DNA of 64,000 bases from a virus, in IMG/VR virus record IMGVR_UViG_3300027710_000023. One strand, given 5' to 3'. The first letter of the stretch is position 1. Each line of letters opens with the position of its first letter. Of the stretch, positions 18,222 through 31,400 are shown piece after piece. The position numbers and the translations under genes were made by a program. The notes beneath the pieces are model-generated. The model did not search any database. It was not told the DNA's origin and saw nothing but the letters and a program-made list of their open reading frames with translations.

Positions 18222-20297
18222 ATGGGTATATTCTCTAAAAAGAAAAAAGTAACTGTAGGTGTAAGTGCAGTAAAAGTAATTGATAAGGTAACAAACCCAT
18301 ATCAACAAGTAGTGTTATCATCTGTGTTCGGTAAAAGTGATTTTAATCAAGTATTACAGAAAGAAGCCAGAAATAACTTCTATAGTAAAGCACAGAACTA
18401 TTACCGCTATGGTAAAAATAAATACGTTAACGGTTTACCTGAAGGTTTTAAAAACTATTGTAATATTGACTTAATTGATCTTGGTGCGGTACTTGGACGT
18501 ATATTTGCACAAAGTGTAACAGTAGTTGAAGTTAAGGTAGGTTTTGCTGATCGTACTACATTTGCATATCGTACATTACAAGATATTTATGGTTATGATC
18601 CAACTTCATTACAATTAAGTAAACCTCCAATTGTATATCCTTTAAACACTAAAGTAACTGTAAAAACAATTACTATTAATACTGTAAATACCATTACTGT
18701 GGCTGTTGATATACAAAAGGCTCCTTTACTTCCTACAGATCCTATTCCGCCTTTGGAAAGTACAACATATACATTACCATTTACAGTTAATGAAGAAAAT
18801 ACGTACTTATCTGTTAAATACAAACTAGTAAAAGACATATTGCCTGAAGCAATACGCTATTGGTATTACGACATTAACTCTAATGCATATCCAGAGTTAG
18901 ATACTGTTTTACGTGATGGTTACACAAGTCCATTTTATCCATTGGTTCCAATTAGACAAAACAAAGTAAATGTAAGTACTTTAAATAATCAACTCAAAAC
19001 AGATGTAAGCAAAATGCTTGAGTTGTTGGGTTTGACATTAGATAACTTAACTAGTGCTATTATGAGTACTGAGGATGGTAATAATCCTGAAAATATAGAT
19101 GAGTGTTTTGTTGGGTTTTTTGCCAACTTACATAACCCATCTGAAGCTACAAGGAATTATTTGTGGGAATTGTTTAAAGACTTACATAGCAAACAACAAG
19201 TAACTAAAACTGTATTTAATGACTGGTATGTAAACAAAGGCAGTAGAGATACACCACAAGAAGCTTTGACAATTAAAGAAGCTGATTTCAATATACGTTT
19301 GTTATGGAACTACATAGATAAAACTACCAGCACAAGTAGTAGTAATTCTGTTGGTTCAATTACTATTAATATAACTACTGCTCCTAGATTTATATTAAAT
19401 GATTTTGATTTTGAAGAAAGTGCACTTACAATAGTTAAACAAGTTACAAGCACTCAAATAGAAACAATAACAGTACATGGTTTAGAACATATAGTAGATG
19501 TTTATGAAGGTGAGTTATATAGCACAACTTTAGCTGATTTATCTGATGATGATAGAAAGACTGGATTTTATATACCATTACAAAAAGATATTGTTAAAAA
19601 GATTCCTTTTTTAATGAAAGATCAGCTAGTACAAGATTGTCTACACATAATTGTGTATGCTGTACAGATTACTTACATTAAGTGGTATCAAAGAGGATTC
19701 TTTAAAACACTGATAACTATTGCAGCAATAGTAATAGCTATATACTTTGGTGATTGGGGTAGCATCTTATCTACCGGATTATCATGGACTACTGCTGTAT
19801 CTGTAGCTACATCGATTATAGTTAACATGATTTACTTAGAGGGAGCTAGGTTATTTGTAAATATGGTTGGTGGTGAGTTAGCTGCAATATTTGCAGTAGC
19901 TTTAGCAATATACAGTTTTGTTAATCCACAACTAAAGATGTTTGGTGCTAACCTAGCAACTGATTTTTTAAACTTATCTACTGCTACAATACAAGCAAGT
20001 AATGAGTTGTTTTTAGATGAATACAACAAGATTGTTTCTGATTTAACTGATTTAACTAAATCAATTAAAGAAAAGAAAGAAGAAATTAAAGAAGCATATG
20101 ACATGCTAGGTTCAGCGGATATTAACTACTTTGATATACGTAAAGGTGGTGGTTACTTTAATCCTAATGAAACAGCATCTGAGTTTTTTGAACGAACTGT
20201 TTATAACAAAAATCCGGGAGTACAGGTGTATGATCAGATTTTCTATTTCTATGAAAACGCGCTAAAATCAAGTTTAGCAACTGGATGGAGTAATTAA
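18222..20297 (+). CDS. virion protein with a C-terminal transmembrane-helix cluster (candidate ejection/channel protein)
   Basis: 691 aa. Residues around 480-560 form three to four strongly hydrophobic helices (LITIAAIVIAIYF..., AVSVATSIIVNMIYL..., LAAIFAVALAIYSFV). Confidence 0.45.
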   Translation: MGIFSKKKKVTVGVSAVKVIDKVTNPYQQVVLSSVFGKSDFNQVLQKEARNNFYSKAQNYYRYGKNKYVNGLPEGFKNYCNIDLIDLGAVLGRIFAQSVTVVEVKVGFADRTTFAYRTLQDIYGYDPTSLQLSKPPIVYPLNTKVTVKTITINTVNTITVAVDIQKAPLLPTDPIPPLESTTYTLPFTVNEENTYLSVKYKLVKDILPEAIRYWYYDINSNAYPELDTVLRDGYTSPFYPLVPIRQNKVNVSTLNNQLKTDVSKMLELLGLTLDNLTSAIMSTEDGNNPENIDECFVGFFANLHNPSEATRNYLWELFKDLHSKQQVTKTVFNDWYVNKGSRDTPQEALTIKEADFNIRLLWNYIDKTTSTSSSNSVGSITINITTAPRFILNDFDFEESALTIVKQVTSTQIETITVHGLEHIVDVYEGELYSTTLADLSDDDRKTGFYIPLQKDIVKKIPFLMKDQLVQDCLHIIVYAVQITYIKWYQRGFFKTLITIAAIVIAIYFGDWGSILSTGLSWTTAVSVATSIIVNMIYLEGARLFVNMVGGELAAIFAVALAIYSFVNPQLKMFGANLATDFLNLSTATIQASNELFLDEYNKIVSDLTDLTKSIKEKKEEIKEAYDMLGSADINYFDIRKGGGYFNPNETASEFFERTVYNKNPGVQVYDQIFYFYENALKSSLATGWSN

Positions 20298-20300
20298 AAA

Positions 20301-20705
20301 ATGGCTTATGATGGTACAAATATTAGTTCTATTTTAGGTTGGGACCTAAATAAGTTTGGGGGTATTGGTGGTGCATCTTCTGTAGGTGCGCAGGGATCGC
20401 CTGGACTGTCCACAGATCTGCTTAGCCGAGAATCTATGTTTGGGCAAGGTGGTTGGGCTATGCCTGCTGCTCAAATCGGTGCTGGTGCGTTACAGAGCTT
20501 TCTGGGCCTCAAGCAGATGAAGCTGGCAAAGGATATGTTCCGGCAACAGTCTGAATATGCCGCTACTGATCTGGCTAACCAAGCTAAGTCAGTGAATGAA
20601 CGTCTTGAGACACGCCAGAATCGACGCTTAAAGGAAGGTACTAGCACAGTACCTGTCAGTGAGTTCATGAGCAAATACGCTGTTTCAGGCAAGGCAGGTG
20701 GATAA
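20301..20705 (+). CDS. hypothetical internal virion protein
   Basis: 134 aa with GGAG RBS. The 3' two-thirds lie in a GC-richer patch. Confidence 0.4.
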   Translation: MAYDGTNISSILGWDLNKFGGIGGASSVGAQGSPGLSTDLLSRESMFGQGGWAMPAAQIGAGALQSFLGLKQMKLAKDMFRQQSEYAATDLANQAKSVNERLETRQNRRLKEGTSTVPVSEFMSKYAVSGKAGG

Positions 20706-22270
20706 TGGCTGAGGTTATCACATGGCGGCAAATGGCTGGCCCAAACTTCTCAGGTGCTGCGGCTGCAATGGATGCTGCCGGTGATCGCCTGAAGCAAGGT
20801 ACAGACCTGTTTACTCAGTTTGCAGGTGATCAAACTAAACAATATCAGCAACAGAAAGCAAAGCTCAAAGCAGATAATACTGCTCGTGCTTTGACTGAAA
20901 TTGCTGCTATGCGTGATTTAGGGCAGTTAGATGCAGCTGCACCTGCTTTAACGTTTGAATCTCTTAAAGGTAAGTGGGGTGAAGACATTGATGCAGGAGC
21001 TGTTGCACAAGCAGGTATTAATCAACGTGGTGTTATTCAACAGAACCAATTAAATGATATTAAATTTAATGAGTCTAAGTTATTAGCTGAAGAAGCACCT
21101 ATTGTCGGTGAAGCCAAAGAAGCTATGGCAGCAGCTGTTGCATCTGGTGATAAAGCTAAGATGGCTGAAATAGAAGCATTCTATACACCTAAGTTACGTG
21201 ATGCATCATTTCTTGGTAAAGCTCGTCAAGATTTTGATGAACAACAATTTAATCGTAATTTACAGCAAAATCAGGAAACAAGAGCACAAAAAACATTTGA
21301 TCAAGCTAGTAGTGACAGACAAGCTGAAGTAGATGCTTTTAATTTAGTTAAAGATATTAGCACAGGTAAAATGAATACTGCTGATGCAGCTGCTCGTATA
21401 CGGACACCTGAAGGTTTACAAGCATTTACAACTGCTATTACACAATCAGAAGCGTTTAACGCTTTACCTAAAGATAAACAATTAGAAATAGATTTAGATA
21501 ATAATAATCGTGTTTTAGCAAACACTAAGAAAAGTGAAGAAGCTAAAATGTTATTACAAAGGATTAAAGAAGAACATCCTCAAGAAGATCCTTCAGTAAT
21601 GGCCTACAGAAGTTCTATAGGTGGGGAAAGACAAAAGTTAATTAATACGTTAGGTACTTCTACAGCAGTTTTAGCAAATAAAGTCCGTGAACTAGGCATT
21701 CAAGGTGCTGATTGGGGATTTGAAATTACTGAAAAAGAAGCTGATAGTGTTGATGATTATGTAAGAAATAAACTTAAAGAACGTGGTGTTGATATGGATG
21801 AAGTTGATCCTATTGCAATGGATGCAGCATTATCTAATTTACAAAAAAATAGCGAAGGTAAGTTAGATGAATCAGCTTTGGATCAAAGTATTAATAACAT
21901 CAAAAAATTTAGTGAAAAGCTTCAAACATACAAAGATAACACTAAGCAGTACAAAACACTGGAAAAAGATATACTAACTGAAGAAAGAGATATGAATAAC
22001 GTAGCTTCACAAATAGCTGCAAAAAAATTAAGACTTGCTGAACTAAACAACAAAATAGATGTTGCTCAACAAAACTTAGGAACACTTGATTTTAATGGTG
22101 GACAAAAAGGATATGATGAAGCAAGAAAAGGAAAAGAGTTTATTAATTGGGAAAATGAATTAATGCAAACAATTGATGACATTTCTAAATTAGAGGCATC
22201 TTTACCGAAAAAATTAGATTATTTATCTCTTGCTGAAAAACATGGTTATGGTACAAGTAAGAAAAAATAA
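20705..22270 (+). CDS. internal virion protein, coiled-coil rich
   Basis: 521 aa. Its ATG overlaps the upstream stop (ATAATGG). Lies directly upstream of the giant polymerase gene, like the ejected proteins of N4-like phages. Confidence 0.4.
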   Translation: MAEVITWRQMAGPNFSGAAAAMDAAGDRLKQGTDLFTQFAGDQTKQYQQQKAKLKADNTARALTEIAAMRDLGQLDAAAPALTFESLKGKWGEDIDAGAVAQAGINQRGVIQQNQLNDIKFNESKLLAEEAPIVGEAKEAMAAAVASGDKAKMAEIEAFYTPKLRDASFLGKARQDFDEQQFNRNLQQNQETRAQKTFDQASSDRQAEVDAFNLVKDISTGKMNTADAAARIRTPEGLQAFTTAITQSEAFNALPKDKQLEIDLDNNNRVLANTKKSEEAKMLLQRIKEEHPQEDPSVMAYRSSIGGERQKLINTLGTSTAVLANKVRELGIQGADWGFEITEKEADSVDDYVRNKLKERGVDMDEVDPIAMDAALSNLQKNSEGKLDESALDQSINNIKKFSEKLQTYKDNTKQYKTLEKDILTEERDMNNVASQIAAKKLRLAELNNKIDVAQQNLGTLDFNGGQKGYDEARKGKEFINWENELMQTIDDISKLEASLPKKLDYLSLAEKHGYGTSKKK

Positions 22271-22349
22271 TTGACACTTCATAAAAACAAAGCTAATTTG
22301 TAATTACTGCGACGGCAGTATTGCTCGACATAGGATCTCCCAATTTCAG

Positions 22350-22381
22350 GCACCACTATGGTTTTAGTGGTGCTTTTTTTA
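22350..22381 (+). terminator. rho-independent terminator upstream of the giant gene
   Basis: gcaccact atggtttt agtggtgc followed by ttttttt. Confidence 0.6.
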
Positions 22382-22407
22382 TTGTTGTTTTATACTGGAT
22401 TTATCTG

Positions 22408-22417
22408 CCCAGCTGGG
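22408..22417. promoter_or_regulatory. perfect 10-bp palindrome cccagctggg about 20 bp upstream of the giant gene start, with a tatact -10-like hexamer at 22391
   Basis: Seen directly. Sits between the terminator and the AGGTGA RBS. Confidence 0.3.
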
Positions 22418-22436
22418 TAACATCGCAGGTGAAACA

Positions 22437-25400
22437 ATGGAAAACAACACTCCTCAAACCGGAGAAGAGTTGCGCCAACTGTTATTGACAGAAGGTAATA
22501 CTCCTACCCGTGAATCAAAAGTTGTTATTGGTTCTCAAACCAAACAACAACAACTTCAAAACACTACTAACAAACAAATCAGTGTTAGTAACGCCTCCAC
22601 TAATAAACAAATTAAATTAAAACAAGAAACTGATCCTACTGTACCAGTTAATACGGATTTAGTTTCTTATGTTGATTTTGCAAAGTCTTTTCCTGAAGGA
22701 ACATCATTAATAGATATTGATGTTGAATACTTACGTAATCAACGTGCTACTAATGAAAGAAAACAAGCTGAAATTAATCAAAACTATGAACGTAAACGTG
22801 ATCGTAGTGTTAGTGAGATTGCTTCAGATACTGGACTAAGTTTAGCTAAGAATGCTTCTTTAATTGGTGAAGCGGCTTTAGGCTTTGCTGATTTAGCTGG
22901 TTCTGGTGCTACAGATAACTTTGGTAATAAATTAAACCGAGCTATGGGTGCTGTGCTTGGTAAAGACACTGCTATTCCTAAAGCAGAAGATTTAGACAAA
23001 CAAATGTCTACCAAAGTACAAGCTCAACAAAAAAATATTCAAGATCGTGTTGCTGCTGTTAAGAGAGCAAATGAGACTGCTACAGCTGCTTTAGGTGATA
23101 AAGCTACTTGGTGGGATACAGCTAGTTCTGTTGGTTCAGAATTGAGTGAGAACTTAGTAGCATTAGTTGATAACCCATCTGCTTTAGCTGATGTTGCTCT
23201 TTCATCCGCTTTAGCTTTTACAGTACCTGCTGCTGTGTCAAAAGGTTTAACAAAAGCTGCAATTAAGAATGCTAAGCCTGAAGATATTGCTGAACTGATT
23301 GCTTCAGGCAAATTAGATAAGTTAGGTGAAGCCGGTGCAGTGATTGGTACTGCTGGACTGGAAGGTTTCTCACAAGCTTATTCTGAGAAAGAAAAAGTAC
23401 TGGAAACTGATCCAAGTGCATTACGTGAAACTTCTCCTAAGTTCAGAGAGTTAGAAGATAAGTATGGTACAGATAAAGCAAAACAAATGATTGCTGATTC
23501 TGTATTTCAATCTAACTTAGGATTAACTGCTGTATTAGCTGGTGTAGCAAGTAAAGTTACTGGTGCTGCTAAACTAGAGAAAGATTTATTTGTTGGTTCA
23601 GATACTTTAACTGCAATTGGCAAAGAAGCATTAGAAGAATCATTACAGTCAGCATCTAGTAATACAGTAGCTAACTTAACTGAAAAGACTTATGTAGATA
23701 AGAACCAGACATTAACAGAGAACTTAGGTTCAGCTGTTGCTACTGGATTAGCTGGTGCTGTAGTAAGTACCGCTGCTCTAAGTGGTACTGCTAATGCTGG
23801 TTCTGTATTAGCTGATAAAGTTGATAAGGGTTTAGCCAAAGTACAAGACCAAGCTACTAAGTTAGCTAATGCTCAACAAATTAATACTGAAGTAATGGAA
23901 GCAGCTACAACAGGTAACTTTGATAAATTAACTTCTAATACTAATTTTAGTATGGAAGAAAAAATCAATATGTTACTTAGTGATGATGTTATAGGTAAAG
24001 TACCAGTAGAACAGCAAGCTAAGATTGCTGAATTTGCTGGAAATTACTATGCTTCATTAGAAGCAGAAGATAAAGATAAATTATCTACTGAACAACAAGA
24101 GTTATCTCAGACAACTGAGTTAGTTAAAAATAAAATAGTTAAAGATCAGATTGATCCTATTATTGGTGATTTAGAAAATATTGATGATGAGAAAGAAGGA
24201 ACTATTGTTCGTGCTTTAGGCTCTTCACCTAATTCATTTACACAAGATCAATTAATTCAATTGGCTCCAGTAGTTTCTGAAAGTACTCGTAGTATTGTTG
24301 ATGCTCAAATAGAAGCTAATAAAGCTATTGAAGAAGTGGAAGCTATTCCACGTAAAGCAACACAACAAGTTAATCAGGATGTAATTAAAGGTGGTAAAGG
24401 CTTTTTAGGTTTAAATGATTATCGTAGACGCTTTGAAGCAGCTATTGGCACAGGTAATGTAGAAGCTGCAACTAAAGCAGCAGATATGTTAGCTAACCTT
24501 GCTACATTGCAAGCTGGTAAAGCAGCTGACATGACAGCATTGATGAAACTTCATAATAGTGAAGGTAATTCACAAAGATACCAAGAAGCCACTAAGAACT
24601 ACCAAACTAAATACAATTTGAAACCAACCGATTCTATTCATCGTGGTTCAGATAAATCAGGTATGGTCAGCCTCGTTGTAAGCGAAGCTAAGGCATTAAA
24701 CAAAGCTCATAAGGTGATGGCAGCGGTATTGGGCCACCAGTCTGGTAAGCCAGTACAGGCGCTTAAAGCACCTAAAGCTACTGTGATCCCTGAAGCTGTA
24801 AAAGAGCCTGTAGCGGTTGCTAAGCCACAGCCGGGCATTCCTATGGGTGAACCAAAAGAAGCTTCTGTAGCTACTCCGGTGCCTGCTCCTGTTGAGGAAG
24901 CTAAGCCAGTTGCCAGCAGCGAAGCTGCGACAGCAACGGAGGCGAAAGCTGACGAAACAACAGAACCAGTAAAGAAAGAATTATCTGAGGCTGAAGAGTA
25001 CGCAGATAGTTTTAGTAATGAAACTAAACCAGAAAAACCAACTACACCGCCTATTCATATTAGTATGAAAGAACGTGAAGATAGACAAAGAGAAGTCAAT
25101 AAAAAGAAAAAACGTTTACAGAAGAAGTTAGAACAGAAAGAAGAAGCACTTAAGAAAGCAGAAGAACGTAAAAATGAAATACGTGATCTGGTTAACAAAG
25201 ATGTAGTACAACCAGTTAATGAAGCTATTAAAGCTACTGGTAATTATGGTAATAAAACAAAATTACGTGATTCATTAGTTAAATTTGGTAATGATGTATT
25301 TACTGCATTAAAAACCAAAGGTATTGCTGAAGCGCGTAAACGTGTAGGTAATTATGCTCGTGGTGCCAAGGATGCATTAAATCGTACTGTTGATATGATA

Positions 25401-28400
25401 GAAACAGATTCTGATTATGTAGCTGGAGCTAATGCAGTTAAAAAAGTATTTGCTTTCAAAGCTAACAAATCAATAATCACTAATAAGATTTATGATAATG
25501 GTATTGCTCGTTTCTTTAATACAGTAGATAAAAATACTTTGTTTAATACTACAGGTAATTTAATTGAAGCTATTCAAGAACGTTCAGATGAGTTTGGTGT
25601 ACAAAGTAACTCAAGCCAAGAAGTATTAGATAATTTTGTAGATTTCCATAAAAAATTTAAAGCAAGTGTAGAGAAGTTATTTAAAGCTCCTTATACAGAA
25701 AAAGCAATGGTTGTTAATAATAACTTTATGGGTTATTTCACTAATGCTGAAGGTAAGTTAGATGATGCTATGGTTACTGCTATGGCAGGTGTAGCTTATA
25801 ACTATATGACCGAATCTGCTTCTGACTTAATAGATAACGACGATGATGCTATTCGTAATATCTTAAACATGGAAGATGAAGAAGAAGTATCACCACAAAT
25901 ACGTAATGCTATGCGTTATGTAGGTATTACTTTAAATGTAGTAGCTGAATCAATGGGTGATCAGTTAGTTAGTTCTATTGGTTTAAAATATAAAACCAAT
26001 ATCTCTGAAGCAGAAGAAGCAACAATGAGTGCTTCATTAGGTACGTTTATTGTATCTATGCTTGAAGATGCTGGCTTAATGAAATTAACAAGCTATGGTC
26101 GTGATGCTTATTTAGAAATGGGTTTTGATGAAGCTACTATAGATAAATTCTTACCTGAAAAGTTAAGTGGTTATTTACAAGTACATTATATCCGCCCAGT
26201 AACACAAATGTGGACAGCTACTGATGAAGCTACAGGTAAGTCATTTGAGTATGAAGATTTGATTGAATCTGTTGTTAAGTCAAAAGATTTGTTACGTGCT
26301 GAGAAAGATGATCCTGATAATATGATTGAAGGTTTTAAACCAGTTATTAATAACATCTTTGACATTGAGCCATTAGATAAAGAACCTTTACTTGTTCAAC
26401 CTAAAGAACAAGGTAAGAAAGTTAAACGTAGTCGTCAATCTCAATCAGTAAAACAGAACCAAGCTATTAATAAGATGAGTCAAGAACCTTGGCAATTAGC
26501 TGATACTTTTGAATCATATAACAAGTTATCTGTTGAAGCTAAACAAGCTATTGCAGGCTTTGCTACTGAAGAAGAGATTGCTCATGCTCATGTGAGTAAA
26601 CGTGAAACTATGGCAGCAAATAACAAGAGTATCACTCGTGTTATTAAAAAGTTTGATGACTTTGTTAAGAATGCTGATGGTAAAGATTTCTACTTACCTG
26701 TAGAGGTATGGAAGAACTTACGTATGGGTTATAAGAGCAGTACTATTAATCCACAGACTAATAAAATGATTCGTCGTTTAATTGGTTTGAAGAATGGTAA
26801 TAAGACTGTTGATTTAACTAATGATGCTCATATTAAGACTTTCCGTATGGCATTAATGGAAGCATTCGATATTAAACTGAAATGGGAAAACATTCAGAAT
26901 GATGATGCTTTAAATGCTAAGTTAACTATCCCAGAAGTTAAAGCAGCTGTTGATATGCTTGTTGCTGGTAATATGAGTGAACAGGTATTAGTTAATGCTG
27001 TGAAGAAGCTTGGTACTAATTATCATGCTTATCATGGTTTGATTGCTTATGCTAAATCAGTAAACAACAAAGTGTTTGAAACAGATCTGTTATTTGAATC
27101 AGATGGTGTCGCTAACGGTGTAGCAATTAGTTTATGGCAGTTTGCTGGTGCAAGAACTAAAGAACAGTTTAAACAAGCAATGCAACGTACAGGTGTGTAT
27201 GAAAATAATGAATATGGCTCATATTTAGAATACCAAGCACAACAAGGTAACATGGATTCATACCAAGTACTTGCTAGTCGATGGGGTGCTGCCGTAAATG
27301 AGTTAAAAGGCTATATCAGTAAATCTGATATTGAGTACACTACTTTGTTTGCTAAGTTTAAAACTGAGAAAGGTACAGCTAAGAAATTAGGTTATTTAAT
27401 TAATTTCTTTGGTTCAAATGAGAAAGCTTTAGAAGGTGTAAATGCAATTACATCTTTAGTAGGTGATTTGACTAATACATTAGGTGAAGTTGAAAAGCTT
27501 GGTCGTGATATGGCTAAGTCTCCTACAATGACATCTATTTATAATGCCGGCTTAGATTCTATTTTAGATAAAGTATCTGATGGTATTATTGAAAGAATGT
27601 ACGATCAATTAGAAAATGATGTTAATAAAGGAACTAATAACAAAGAACGTATCGTTAAAGCTTTAAACGTATTGTTTAATGCTAACTTTGATATGGATAG
27701 TCCATTAGAATGGCAACTGTCAAATATTAAAGATAAATACACAATTACTACAATGGAAGGTAAGCAAATTAAAGTAACTGCTGAAGAAGGCTTAAAGCAT
27801 GTTATTGCTATGGTGTATGGCCCTACATTAGATAATGCTATGTATTCTGTGTATGGTAGATTGCTTGATAATCGTCAAACAGCAAACCAAGCTATTACTT
27901 ATGCTTTCCGTGTGTTTAAAGAAATTTATGACATTGAAGAGAAAAATAAGTTAGCTGAGCTGGGTGTTAGTAGTTTATCTAAAGATCAACGTGATGAATT
28001 AATTAATCAACTCAAACCATACTGGCCTGTACTTGCTACTCCTACTTCTAAAGATAACAGTGAAGGTATTCTGTTATTTAAAGAGAAGAAGCGCAAAGGT
28101 TATAAAACTGATGCAAAAGCTAAAGCATTTGCTGTAGTACAAGAGTACGCAGGTAAAATTGGTAGTAACGGTAATAAGCAACGTACTGTCAACGCTAGTG
28201 CTATTGCTTTAGAAGAACCGGGTGCTAGTGGTATTCCTACTGCTGTTCAGATGTTGGATGCTCATACTATGTTTGGTGCATTGTCTGAAGTAGTTGGCTT
28301 GAACGTACATGATGCTATTGGCTCAACTATTGCAGATGCTGATAATAATACCACAGCAATAAACAAAGCTTATAACCAAATGGTTATGGGTAATTATAAC

Positions 28401-31400
28401 ATTGAGACTTCTGTAGAGTTAATGTTAGATAATGCAATTAAAGCAGCACAAGCATATGGTATTGAAGATAAATTAAACAGAATGACAGATAGATATGATC
28501 AAACACTTAATCCAACTGAAGTAAAAGATCAGATTGAATTAAATATTGAAATGTCTAATAAGTTACGTTCATCTTTAAAAGTTAGTACCATATCTCAATA
28601 TGATAAACCTAATGGTGCTTATTTAACTGGTAATAGTGTTATTGATACTGATGAAGTAGTTGTTGAAGAAGTTGTACAAGATGTGTTTAAGGAAATGAAA
28701 GATTTGTTAGGTTCTCAGGATGTAACTAAAGGAACTGAAGACTTTTCACAAGCACAGACTTATAACGCAACTGTTGATAACTCAATGGATATTTTTAATC
28801 AACTGGAAACATTAGGTAGTGTAGAAGACAATACAGAACATAAAGAACACTTACGTTCTGTTTTATCAGAAATGATTAATAAAGTATTACAACCTACGTT
28901 AGTTGTGTTAGGTACTGTAGATGAAGCTACTCGTGGTAGATTCATGCAGGATGTTAATGGTAAACGCCAAATTGAAATTGCTACAAGTGTTGGTGATTTT
29001 GAGTACGGTTTATCTGCACAAGAAGTTTATGTACATGAAATGATCCATAACATTATTGGACATGCTTTATCATCAGGTGCTGTAGAAGTAAAACGTATTA
29101 CTGCTATGTTCAACGCAGTAAAAGATTTAGTGGATAGTGGTGACATTACTTATAAAGATTTTTTATCTTTGGATCAAGCTGGTAATACTATCAGTAATCC
29201 AACACAAGAACAGATTGATGATGCTACAGATAGATTAAATTATATCTTTAATAACACAACGGTACGTGTACGTAAGATTACTGATCCCGCTACAGGAATT
29301 GTTACTACTACTAAGACAAATAGTGCGTTAGAAGAGTTTGTTGCCTTTGGTACTACTAATGCTGCCTTTATGAAAGCATTAAATAAACCAAATGTACTTA
29401 TGGCTCTTAAAACTAAATTAAGACCAGAACACAGTAAAACTAAATCAAATACATGGTTAATCCAGAAATTTGACAGCATAGTTAATGCATTACTGGACAT
29501 GATTCAGTTTGCTATGGATAAGCTGACTGACCGGGTGTTGAACATTGCCGGGAAGAAAGTAGATGCTCAGTTGGCAACGCTTGTATCGGCTCTGGCTGGC
29601 GTTCAGGTGAAACATCAAAGCAAAGTGATGCAAGGTATAGATGCGGTGTTAGCGTTCAGCACAGCCTCAACCGCTAAGCTTAAAGCATGGGTAGTAGCAC
29701 CGATTGTTGCAGCTGCTAATAGCTCACGATTCAAAAACAGCAAGAATACTGTTGTTCGTGTGACTACTAAGGCAATTGCTGTTGCTGGTAACAGTAAAGC
29801 AGGTACTTGGGCTAAAGCGTTACGTCAAACACGTAGTCGTTTAAATATGACCCAAGATAACTTTGCTTTGTCGTTAGCTCAGGAAATTGCAGGTGTTACA
29901 TCTAAAAATAAACACTGGCATAAGTTATTACGTTTATCTAATAAACATATTGACCAATTACGTAAGCATGTAGCAACTACTGTTAAGAATACTCTTAATG
30001 AGCAGTACAGCTACACTTTAAATAAAGAAGAGAAAGCTGCTATTACTAAAGCAGTATTAAAAACTGATTTAACTGCGTTACTGGAATATGGTTACACTTA
30101 TGATGAAATCTATGATTTATTAAAAGATGAATCCAAGTTAACTAAAGTAATTGAAGATAAACAAGCTTTAATTAAGAAAACGTATACTCAAGGTGTTGGT
30201 CGTTGGGTATTAGACCAAAGTACTGGTTTATCTAATAAGATGATCACTGGAACTGAGATTCGTGGTAATCAAGGATTGAATGCTTATCAAATTGCTAACG
30301 GCTTTGGTAATCCAATTATCAAGAAACGTATGCAAGATAATAAGGTAGACAACAACCAATTAGAAAAAGATGTTGATGAATTAGTTACTTTAATGGCTCT
30401 GAACTTAGTTGATTCTAAAGTTAAAGCTAACGTGGTATCTATTTTTGATAAAGAAGTAGCTTCTGGTAAAACACTAAACAACAATGGTTTGAGTTTTACT
30501 ATGGAACATCACCGTAACTACAAAGTAGATTCACGTAATGAAAACTTTGATGGTAATCCAGCATTGATGCGTAAAGGGTATGTCAAAGAAATTACTGATC
30601 CTAATATTGCAGTACAAGTAGTTGACGTAACTGATTTTGTTAAAATTGCAGAGTTAGTTAAAGCAGGATACAAACCAACTCAACAATATATCTATGGTGA
30701 TGTGCGTGATCCTAATGGATCAAAAATGGAGATATACCGTAACACTGCTGCTAAGTTAGCAACTAACTCTGCTGGTATTGTATCCCTGACTTCTAAACAA
30801 AGCATGGGTACAGATATACTGGATGGTTTTGTTAACAAAGATACTATGAGTACTAATATTGGTTTGGATGCTTATTTAAATATCCAAGCAATTAATAAAG
30901 ATATGGAAATTGCAAGTAACGTAGGTATGACTGCATCAGGTAATACTAAGACTGTATTGTTAACACCTGTATTTAACTTAGATGGTGATGTAGTAAATTA
31001 CCGGTATGAAATGTCAGATGCTAATAAAGAAAAGTTGTTAAAAAGACACAATTCTTTTGATGACATTTTATCTGGTATGACTGCACAAATTAAAGATAAA
31101 GCTAATACTAAAACAATTAACAGTGTTGTAGTTGAGACTTTAAAGCAAGAGTTTGATGCAGAGTTTGTTAAGTCACCTAAAGAGTTTGTGTTAGTTGGTA
31201 TTAACAGTACTGATCCAGCAATGAAAGAGTTATGGTTTACTCTTCCAGAAGAAATGCGTATTGAAGCTACTAAGTTATTTGGTACTAAGGGATTATATGT
31301 TAAGAAGAAAGACTTACGTTTAATCTTTGGTTTCCGTAAGTTTACTGTGGGTGAGTGGGCTGAGAAGCTACAGGAACAAAGTAAAGTACAGAACAAGATG

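Noticed and set aside
22271-22300. ttgaca hexamer right after the 521-aa gene stop as a sigma-70 promoter
   Set aside because: The downstream -10 candidate (taattt) is poor, and the terminator at 22350 would immediately stop such a transcript.
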